The notes under the pieces are model-generated. The model ran no database searches, was not told where the DNA came from, and was given only the letters and a program-made list of their open reading frames with translations. This document shows, one piece after another, positions 26,101 to 32,000 of a stretch of DNA of 32,000 bases. The translations under genes were made by a program, and so were the position numbers. Each line of letters begins with the position of its first letter. Position 1 is the stretch's first letter. Source of the stretch: Candidatus Nitrospira inopinata (lineage in GTDB: Bacteria; Nitrospirota; Nitrospiria; Nitrospirales; Nitrospiraceae). The stretch spans positions 2,940,001 to 2,972,000 of the forward strand of contig NZ_LN885086.1 in NCBI RefSeq assembly GCF_001458695.1, given 5' to 3'.

Positions 26101-26255
26101 TGAGTGATGACTTCTATCATCGGGGGGGAGGGGTCCGGATAGGCGATGACATCAAGCAGATGAAACGAGTACAGGCCTCCGAACAAGAGAGCCAAGCCGA
26201 GCGTGAAGATGAGAGATCGCTGCCCCAGGGAAATTTCGACGATTCTGGCGATCAT
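23166..26255 (-). CDS. czcA: CusA/CzcA-family heavy-metal efflux RND permease
   Basis: About 1030 aa and 12 TM. N-terminus MIARIVEISLGQRSLIFTL and TM4 GAIDFGIIIDASLIMVES (the HME-type DFG..D motif). I prefer ATG 26255 over the ORF-track TTG 26309. Confidence 0.9.
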   Translation of the reverse strand: MIARIVEISLGQRSLIFTLGLALLFGGLYSFHLLDVIAYPDPSPPMIEVITQYPGWSAEEIERQITVPIEVALTGMPGLTDIRSLSLFGLSDVKVYFGFDTDIFRDRQEVLNRLASVQLPPDAQPVLSPWWAIGEIYRYELTGDGVGLTELKTIQDWQVRRAFKRVPGVIDVTTFGGTTKEYHVDIDPGKLIGYGVTLSEVMTALADSNANVGGNYLTIGAQSYNIRGLGLINDLDDIENVMVAEREGTPVFVKTLGAVKVGHRVRLGKVGIDDRDDVVEGIVLLQRGYKALSVLDKVRQKVDELNRWELPAGVTIKAFYDRTALIRTTVETVTDILISGMVLVFVILFLFLGHLRAALIVALTVPFALLFTFTTMNILGQSANLISLGAIDFGIIIDASLIMVESVFFHVAHGKHSGLTVQQHIVQAARRVGRPIFFSTAIIVVAFIPLFTMTGVPGRIFAPMSVTYGFALVGALLMAFTLAPALCSILLTGPISESDTMAIRLVRSVYSKIIRWALKHRFVVMGIATGLVGFSIVALQFMGGEFMPALEEGNLWIRATMPVDISFEQADRLAGDIRRSIRESPEVSTIVSQLGRPDDGTDPTGFFSAEFLADLTPRTQWRSGLTKEGLIKEIEGRLRAIPGVVFNFSQAIQDNVEEAMSGVKGENSIKLFGPDLKTLEAKAQEIEAIMRNVPGVKDLGIFRLMGQPNLLIEVDREAIARYGLRVSDVNAIVQGAIGGQAVTQVYEGERLFDLVVRFLPEYRRDVEAIGNILVSTMEGTQIPLKQMANITMQTGAFIIYRENNKRYIPIKFSVRGRDLQSTVEEAQQRLSTHVKLPERYRMEWAGQYDQLKDELTRLAKVVPVSLAVVFVLLYMAFGSVKNAVLVLVSVPFALIGGVLALVATHTNFSISAAVGIISTLGVAILGGVLLVSRVEELRREGLDVREAVLRGADTQMRPILMATLAAAIGLLPASLATGVGAQAQQPLARVVVGGMLTASVLILVVLPVLYQIVHGRGLDNGDDNDSSAA

Positions 26256-26331
26256 CTGGCGATCATGGGTCTCTGGTGTCGGAAACGCGGTCCGCAGGGG
26301 TCCGGTCAATCGGGGCGCCCGTTTCGGCCGG

Positions 26332-27513
26332 TTACTCCTTGATCAACACGGCGCCTTTGGTCACGATTCGCTCGCCGTGACGTATCCCTTCAAGCACACG
26401 AACCTGGTCGGAGGAGGTGTTGACGACCTTGACTTCCCGTTTCACGTACCGACCCGAATCCTCCGCGACATACACGAACTGTTTGCCGTCTTTTTCCAAG
26501 ACCGCCTCTCGCGGCAGGGTGAGAAACCGGCCGGCCTCGCTTAAGTCCAGTTGCAAGCGCGCAAACATTTCCGGCTTCAACAGACGGTCTTTGTTGTTCA
26601 CCTGTGCGCGCACTTTGATCGTCCTGGTCGCGGAATCGACGATATCGCCGACCGCCGTGACCCTGGCCGGAAAATCGACGTCCGGATAGGCCTCGACTTT
26701 GACCACGGCGGACTGTCCTTCCTTCACCAGGGCCACGTCCCGCTCGTAGAGATCCGCCAACACCTGCAATTGATCCAGATCGGCGATCGTGAAGAGAATC
26801 TCTCCCGTCACCAATTGCCCCGGCGTCACGGTCCGCTCCACGACGACTCCCGTCAGCGGACTCTTCAATTCAAACCGCGAGGTGATGGTCTGTTTATCCA
26901 ACGGCTTGTCCAATTCTTCGGGCGTGACTCTCAGCGAGAGCAGACGCTCTTTCGCTCGTCGAAATTCGGCCCGCGCCTTGACCAGCTCGTTTTCGGCCTG
27001 TTTGAGATCCTTGAGCGCCAACGCCTTGACCTCATATAAATCCTTGGCCAACTCATACGCTCTGGCGGCGTACTCCAATTCGGAATCTTCTTTCACGTAC
27101 TCCGAATAGGCTTGCGCGATATCCGGACTGTCGACCACCAACAGAATATCTCCGGCCTTGACCCGATCGCCCAGGCGGGCTCGGACCTCAATCACCCGCC
27201 CTTGGAGCGGCGACGAGATGCGCGAATATCGATCCTCGCCGTACGCCACCTTGCCGAAGAGCGTCAGCTTCTGATGGGAAGCCCCCAATTCGACGATCGC
27301 CGTTTCAATGAGCGGCGTTGATTCGACCGATGCCGTTCTCTTATCGGCTTCAGGAAGGTTTGTCTTGGTCAACTCGGACGACTGGTCGGGGCGACCACAG
27401 GCCGCGAGCAGCAGCAACACCGATGACCAGACCAATGCGCTGTTGCAAGGAATCGTCTTCCATCCCCATCTTTCACTCATTCCCGGAATCCTGTTCTCGA
27501 CTCGGGCCAACAC
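26332..27513 (-). CDS. RND efflux periplasmic adaptor (membrane fusion protein, CzcB-like)
   Basis: Lipobox LLLAAC, with lipoyl/hairpin/beta-barrel organisation. The start is uncertain: GTG 27513 or ATG 27480. Confidence 0.85.
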   Translation of the reverse strand: MLARVENRIPGMSERWGWKTIPCNSALVWSSVLLLLAACGRPDQSSELTKTNLPEADKRTASVESTPLIETAIVELGASHQKLTLFGKVAYGEDRYSRISSPLQGRVIEVRARLGDRVKAGDILLVVDSPDIAQAYSEYVKEDSELEYAARAYELAKDLYEVKALALKDLKQAENELVKARAEFRRAKERLLSLRVTPEELDKPLDKQTITSRFELKSPLTGVVVERTVTPGQLVTGEILFTIADLDQLQVLADLYERDVALVKEGQSAVVKVEAYPDVDFPARVTAVGDIVDSATRTIKVRAQVNNKDRLLKPEMFARLQLDLSEAGRFLTLPREAVLEKDGKQFVYVAEDSGRYVKREVKVVNTSSDQVRVLEGIRHGERIVTKGAVLIKE

Positions 27514-27528
27514 CTCGAACTTTCCATT

Positions 27529-28881
27529 TCAAATCCCGATATGCGCCCCAACGGCGTTTTCCAATTGGAGGACGTTCCGCTGATACGCAAACAACGCCTC
27601 AATAAAGTTTTCTTGGATCGTCCAGGAGCTTCTGGCCGCGTCCAGCAAATCGACAAGCGTGGCGCCGCCACGCTCATAGGCGCGTTCCACGATCGTCAAC
27701 GTCGAGCGCGCGTCGTCGAGCACGCCGCTGAGGTAGGCTTCGACCAACCACCGGCTGTGGACGACGTTGCGATAGGCGACGTCCACCTGATTTTCGACAA
27801 GGTTCAACGTTTTGGAGAGATCCGCTTGAGCCGACTGCACCGCCGCCTCCGCCTGCATGATACCGCCCTGGTTTCGGTTGAACAACGGCAGCGGGAGCCC
27901 AAGACTGATGCCGATTTGATTGGAGTTGTCGGGTCCCTTTGGTCCTTGAATGGCATAGCCGGCTCCCACCGTCACATCGGGAATCCGATAGGCCTTGGCG
28001 AGCTTGAGGTCGGCCTCCCGTTGCGAAAGGGCGAACCGTTTCATGCGCACGTCGGGGCGGGATTCGAGGGCGAGGACGCCAAGCATGGCTCGGTCAAGGT
28101 CCGATCGCTTGAACTCCAAATTACTCGTCAATTCCAAATCGGTGGCAGGGGAAATCCGCAGCAGTTGGCGAAGATCGGAAAGGGCCGATTCGACCTCTTG
28201 AAGAGCCTGGATCACCCGGGACTGGAAATCGATGTACTGAAGCCGAATGCGAATCAGCTCGATTTCCGCGATGAATCCTTTCTTGAACCGAATGGTATTG
28301 ATCTCGAGAATGCGCGAGAAGCGATCCTTGTTTTCCTCCGCCAAGGCGAGTCGCCTCCGCGCGAGCTGAACTCGATAGTAGGCATCCTTGACCGCAAAGC
28401 CGAGCTGACGGACCGCATCCTCGAAACCCGCCTCCGCCGACTGCGTCCCGAATTCGGCGCTCTCGATCCGATATCCCCGTTTTCCGGCCAATTCGAACAA
28501 TTGTTGAATCTGCGGATAGAACTGCCCGCTGTTCGACAGTGTTCGGCCGTCGACGGGAGAGGTCACCACCCCGACGGAAACCACCGGATTCGGGAACAAT
28601 CTCGCCGTGACCTCTTCCCCTTTCCTGATGTCAATGCCAAACTGGGCGATCAGAAGGTCAAGATTTCTCCTGAGGAACAATCCGACCGCTTCGTCAAGGC
28701 TCAATCGCAGAGTCTTGTCCGATGCGGCCTCGTCTGATCGCGGAAGCATCCGAAGAACCGGATCCGGCGAGGCGCCGGAGGCCGCCGCCTCGCCGTCGAC
28801 GACGCAGCAGATCGCCGAGACAGATAAACCGAGCAACAGCAACCCGTGGGATAACCGGTACAACACACAAGCGTTCTTCAT
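27529..28881 (-). CDS. TolC-family outer membrane efflux protein (CzcC-like)
   Basis: 450 aa with a signal peptide and two OEP repeats (..AYRIPDVTVGAGYA.., ..LDAARSSWTIQENFIEALFAYQRNVLQLENAVG). Confidence 0.85.
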   Translation of the reverse strand: MKNACVLYRLSHGLLLLGLSVSAICCVVDGEAAASGASPDPVLRMLPRSDEAASDKTLRLSLDEAVGLFLRRNLDLLIAQFGIDIRKGEEVTARLFPNPVVSVGVVTSPVDGRTLSNSGQFYPQIQQLFELAGKRGYRIESAEFGTQSAEAGFEDAVRQLGFAVKDAYYRVQLARRRLALAEENKDRFSRILEINTIRFKKGFIAEIELIRIRLQYIDFQSRVIQALQEVESALSDLRQLLRISPATDLELTSNLEFKRSDLDRAMLGVLALESRPDVRMKRFALSQREADLKLAKAYRIPDVTVGAGYAIQGPKGPDNSNQIGISLGLPLPLFNRNQGGIMQAEAAVQSAQADLSKTLNLVENQVDVAYRNVVHSRWLVEAYLSGVLDDARSTLTIVERAYERGGATLVDLLDAARSSWTIQENFIEALFAYQRNVLQLENAVGAHIGI

Positions 28882-29079
28882 GGATCAGCCGAGGAAGATG
28901 CAGTTTTTAGAAGAGCCGCCAGAGATTGCTCGCGACGCGCATGACAATAGACGGCCGAACTGATGCCGGATCTTTTCCAAACCGGGCGTTCTTTCACTGT
29001 ACGGATACGAGTCGCCTCGCGATGCGAGACTCCACTGATTGAGCCTGCGAAATCGGCCGGAATGCCAGCGGCGAACCAC

Positions 29080-29379
29080 TCAGCCGGTCAGCTCCGTTTT
29101 GGAAACGGTGTCGCGCAAGTGCTTTCTGACCCGAACTTTCTCGTGGTGCTTACGGAGCAACTGACGGCGTATGACGTTTCGATCCTCCGCGACGATCCGC
29201 ACGAGACGATCCATATCCTCGGCATGGTCCCGCACCAACTCGGACAACCGTTGGAGCTGTCCTTCGAGGCGATCCAAACGCCAAGCCATGTCGTTCATGA
29301 AGTCGGACGGTCGAAGAGAAGGTTTTCCTCCGGATCGATGAGTCTGTTGGAGAGCCTCCACCAGTACATCTCGCTTCAT
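29080..29379 (-). CDS. hypothetical coiled-coil protein
   Basis: 99 aa. Strong SD AAAGGAG lies 6 nt before the ATG. The middle is heptad-like (RLDRLEGQLQRLSELVRDHAEDMDRLVRIV) and the tail is basic. It lies 200 nt upstream of the czc-type operon on the same strand. Confidence 0.6.
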   Translation of the reverse strand: MKRDVLVEALQQTHRSGGKPSLRPSDFMNDMAWRLDRLEGQLQRLSELVRDHAEDMDRLVRIVAEDRNVIRRQLLRKHHEKVRVRKHLRDTVSKTELTG

Positions 29380-29510
29380 AGTCGCTCCTTTTTTCTAATG
29401 TGCCTCCGAAACGGCCGTGCGCGCAGGGGCCAGTATCGTCCGAGGCCGTCGGTAAGTCAACGATTCCCCTTTCTTCCTATTTCCCGACGGTCCTGTTAGA
29501 ATTTCGTCCG

Positions 29511-30752
29511 ATGATGAAGAAAATCTTTACGATGATCCTCGCCGGAGGCAAGGGGGAACGACTCTACCCTCTGACGGAGCAACGGGCCAAACCGGCCGTT
29601 CCGTTCGGCGGGAAGTATCGGATCATCGATTTCACCTTGAGCAACTGCCTGAACTCGGGGCTCCGTAAAATCGTCGTCCTGATCCAATACAAATCCCACT
29701 CGCTTGACCGGCACATCCGGATGGGTTGGAACGTGCTGAACGCCGAGTTGGGAGAATACATCGCCTCGGTGCCGCCCCAACAGCGCATCAGCGAGGATTG
29801 GTACAAAGGCACCGCCGACGCGGTCTATCAAAACCTCTTTCTGATCGACGCGGAGAATCCCGAATTCATCCTCGTGCTCGCCGGCGACCACATTTACAAG
29901 ATGAACTACGCCGAGATGTATTACTGGCTCATCGCCAAACAGGCCGACGCCGTCGTCGGCGCGATCGACATTCCCATTCAGGACGCGTCCCGCTTCGGCG
30001 TCATCTCGGTGGATGAAGACTATCGCATCACCCGCTTCGACGAGAAGCCGGCCAATCCAACGCCCCTGCCGGACAATCCCACCCACGCGTTCGCGTCCAT
30101 GGGCATCTATCTGTTCCGGACCAAGGCCATTCGCGAACACCTCATCGGGGATGCCCAAGAAGGAGGTGCCCATGATTTCGGCAGAAACATCATCCCGCGG
30201 ATGATCGGGCAACACCGCGTCTATGCCTTTAAGTTTCAGGACGCCAACAAAAAGGCGATCCAGTATTGGCGCGACATCGGCACGTTGGACGCCTTCTGGG
30301 AAGCCAACATGGACCTGGTGTCCGTGGATCCCCAGTTCAATTTGTATGATCCCGAATGGCCGATCCGCACCTATCAAGGTCAATTTCCCCCGGCCAAATT
30401 CGTGTTCGCCCAGGATTTTCAAGGGGGCCGGATGGGAGTCGCCCTTGATTCCATCGTCAGCGGCGGGTGCATCGTTTCCGGCGCGCGGGTGCAAAATTCG
30501 ATTCTTTCACCCAACGTCAGGGTGCAAGATCACGCCGACGTGCGGGAATCCATCCTCATGGACAACGTGCAGATCGGCCCCCACAGCCGCATCAAACGGG
30601 CGATCATCGACAAAGACGTCGTCATCCCGCCCCGCACGGAAATCGGATACGATCGCGAGGCCGACGCCAAGCGATTCAAAGTGACCGATTCCGGAATCGT
30701 CGTGATTTCGAAGGGAATGGACCTGCATGCCGCCATCGATTCATCCGGTTGA
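29511..30752 (+). CDS. glgC: Glucose-1-phosphate adenylyltransferase
   Basis: MMKKIFTMILAGGKGERLYPLTEQRAKPAVPFGGKYRIIDFTLSNCLNSG, and later WYKGTADAV and the LbH C-terminal domain. The internal ATG 29511 is the start; the ORF-track start at 29400 adds 37 non-homologous residues. Confidence 0.95.
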   Translation: MMKKIFTMILAGGKGERLYPLTEQRAKPAVPFGGKYRIIDFTLSNCLNSGLRKIVVLIQYKSHSLDRHIRMGWNVLNAELGEYIASVPPQQRISEDWYKGTADAVYQNLFLIDAENPEFILVLAGDHIYKMNYAEMYYWLIAKQADAVVGAIDIPIQDASRFGVISVDEDYRITRFDEKPANPTPLPDNPTHAFASMGIYLFRTKAIREHLIGDAQEGGAHDFGRNIIPRMIGQHRVYAFKFQDANKKAIQYWRDIGTLDAFWEANMDLVSVDPQFNLYDPEWPIRTYQGQFPPAKFVFAQDFQGGRMGVALDSIVSGGCIVSGARVQNSILSPNVRVQDHADVRESILMDNVQIGPHSRIKRAIIDKDVVIPPRTEIGYDREADAKRFKVTDSGIVVISKGMDLHAAIDSSG

Positions 30753-32000
30753 CCTGATCGACGCCCTGCGCCAGAAACACCTGACTCCCGCCATCGTTTT
30801 TCTGACGTCGCGTCGCGCCTGCGACGAGGCGATGGAATCGTTCGACCACGCCGCCGTCGTCCTCCCTCCCGCTCGTCAAGAGGCCATCGACGCCGTGCTC
30901 CAACAGGTGATCGCGCAATACCCGAGCGTGGCGGACCATCCGTTGATTCCCACCGTGCGACGGATCGGCGTCGCGGCGCACCATGCGGGGCATCTGCCAT
31001 CCTGGAAAATCGCCGTCGAAGAACTGATGCGGCAAGGCTGCCTCGACGCCGTCTTCGCCACGACCACGTTGGCCGCCGGTGTGGACTTTCCCGCCCGCAC
31101 CGTCGTTATCACCCAATCCAGCATTCGCAAAGCGCGGGACTTTACCGATCTGACGATCGGCGAAGTACAACAAATAGCCGGACGCGCGGGGCGGCGCGGA
31201 AAAGACCAGGTCGGCTTCGCCGTCGTAGCCCCCTCGCCCTATATCGACCTGAGCGTGCTCACCAAGGGATTGACCGGCCATCCGGAACCCATCGACAGTC
31301 AATTCACCATCACCTATCCGATGGTGCTCAACCTGCTGAAGGCTCACCCCCTTGAGCAGATTCAGTCGATCCTGGCCAAGAGCTTCGCCCAGTTTCAGCT
31401 CAATCGGCGCGCCGAGCTCTTGGAACGCAAACTGGACGCCCTGCACGTTCAGATGGAGCCCTTCGGCCCCCGAATTTGCACCGATTGGATCACTCAATGG
31501 CAGACCTTCGACCAAGCCCGTCGGCAACGTCCACAACGCCACCAGGCCCGCCATGAGTCGCCGGAACTGACTGCGCGCTTTCACTTCATGACACCGGGCC
31601 GGGTCGTTGGTCTCGCCCGTGGGCGCGGCGTCGTGCTCCGGCAGTATCGGAGCAAGGGCCAGCGACACCCCATGATTTCGGTGCTCCGGCCGAACGGCTC
31701 CGTGACGGAATGTCCCGCCGCCGCCGTGGTCGAGATCTTCGACCGCGTGTTCGATTGCGAAGAAACCGCCTCGTTTCCCTGGTGCTCGGCGGCGTCTTTT
31801 GACGAGCTCTGCTATCAACTGACGGAACTGCCTCCGCGACTGCCGGTTCTGCCGATTTTGGTTTCCCACGAGTCGGCCCCCCTTCCCGACACCGTCGTTC
31901 AGTCCCTCGGCGATTTTCCCTGCCCGACCTGTCCTTCCCGTCCGGCCTGCCAGAAGGATTTCGCCACCGCGCACCGGCTCCGTCAGGAACAGCACCGCCA
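30727..32000 (+). CDS. Ski2/HelY-like helicase, C-terminal half only (RecA2 domain onward), 3' end beyond window
   Basis: Hand translation from ATG 30727 is open to position 32000. It shows motif IV AIVFLTSRRACDEA, HHAGHLPSWKIAVEELMRQGCLDAVFATTTLAAGVDFPARTVV, motif VI QQIAGRAGRRGKD, TYPMVLNLL, and later CPTCPSRPAC. An in-frame TGA at 30703-30705 and glgC upstream preclude an N-terminal DEAD/DExH domain. Confidence 0.8.
   Translation, partial: MPPSIHPVDLIDALRQKHLTPAIVFLTSRRACDEAMESFDHAAVVLPPARQEAIDAVLQQVIAQYPSVADHPLIPTVRRIGVAAHHAGHLPSWKIAVEELMRQGCLDAVFATTTLAAGVDFPARTVVITQSSIRKARDFTDLTIGEVQQIAGRAGRRGKDQVGFAVVAPSPYIDLSVLTKGLTGHPEPIDSQFTITYPMVLNLLKAHPLEQIQSILAKSFAQFQLNRRAELLERKLDALHVQMEPFGPRICTDWITQWQTFDQARRQRPQRHQARHESPELTARFHFMTPGRVVGLARGRGVVLRQYRSKGQRHPMISVLRPNGSVTECPAAAVVEIFDRVFDCEETASFPWCSAASFDELCYQLTELPPRLPVLPILVSHESAPLPDTVVQSLGDFPCPTCPSRPACQKDFATAHRLRQEQHR

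Noticed and set aside
25113-26342. 409-aa plus-strand ORF opposite the RND pump (also 23391-24086, 27541-28737 and 20640-22142, all plus strand)
   Set aside because: Antisense to clearly recognisable CzcA-like, TolC-like, ABC exporter and def genes, with non-protein-like composition.
28941-28954. ATGACAATAGACGG upstream of the czcC-like gene, resembling the interior of heptad element copy 2 (13 of 15 matches to the reverse complement of 7050-7067)
   Set aside because: It has only two to three units, the spacing is not consistently 7 bp, and it is too short to distinguish from chance in 32 kb.
28885-29079. 64-aa minus ORF between the coiled-coil gene and the czcC-like gene
   Set aside because: No SD and an unusual composition. 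It lies in the probable promoter region of the efflux operon.
29496-30494. 332-aa minus ORF opposite glgC and 439-aa minus ORF 30676-31995 opposite the helicase
   Set aside because: The plus-strand frames encode unmistakable GlgC and helicase motifs IV-VI. The minus frames are shadow ORFs.
1-32000. Search for CRISPR arrays, tRNA, rRNA and large tandem repeats
   Set aside because: I found no regularly spaced direct repeats of 25-40 bp, no tRNA-like T-arm/acceptor signatures in the intergenic regions, and no rRNA-like stretches. Intergenic space is small apart from the regions reported.

Overview
High-GC (about 58-60%) chromosomal segment from a Gram-negative-type bacterium, inferred from the tripartite RND pump, lipoproteins and periplasmic adaptors. 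It is densely coding, with about 36 supported CDS, and I found no rRNA, tRNA or CRISPR array. From left to right the window holds: a DUF3386/DUF5069 gene pair; an NAD(P)H-binding reductase; a TetR-HlyD-ABC-ABC2 efflux operon (YbhGFSR-like) bracketed by two ~110-bp palindromic elements built from 7-bp-periodic GTCA/TGAC units; and an IS5-type transposase relic. A long minus-strand chain follows (DsbA-like, NnrS, TPM, NTase-fold, FAD monooxygenase, PLD/Nuc-like nuclease, small acidic protein). The most interesting part is an eight-gene plus-strand block at 13.8-19.0 kb. It carries two side-by-side sets of ubiquitin-like sulfur carrier + ThiF/MoeB E1 + PLP enzyme (CysK-type and ThrC-type), a stand-alone NIL domain and a JAMM/MPN peptidase. 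I read it as a dual protein-thiocarboxylate route to cysteine and homocysteine, but a ubiquitin-like conjugation role cannot be excluded. The rest of the window carries def plus an ABC exporter and two tiny CxxC proteins, a CzcCBA-type heavy-metal RND pump with a translationally coupled HEAT-repeat protein, glgC, and a Ski2/HelY-like helicase ORF that has only the C-terminal half of the helicase core. All family calls come from motif recognition by eye; no database search was run.
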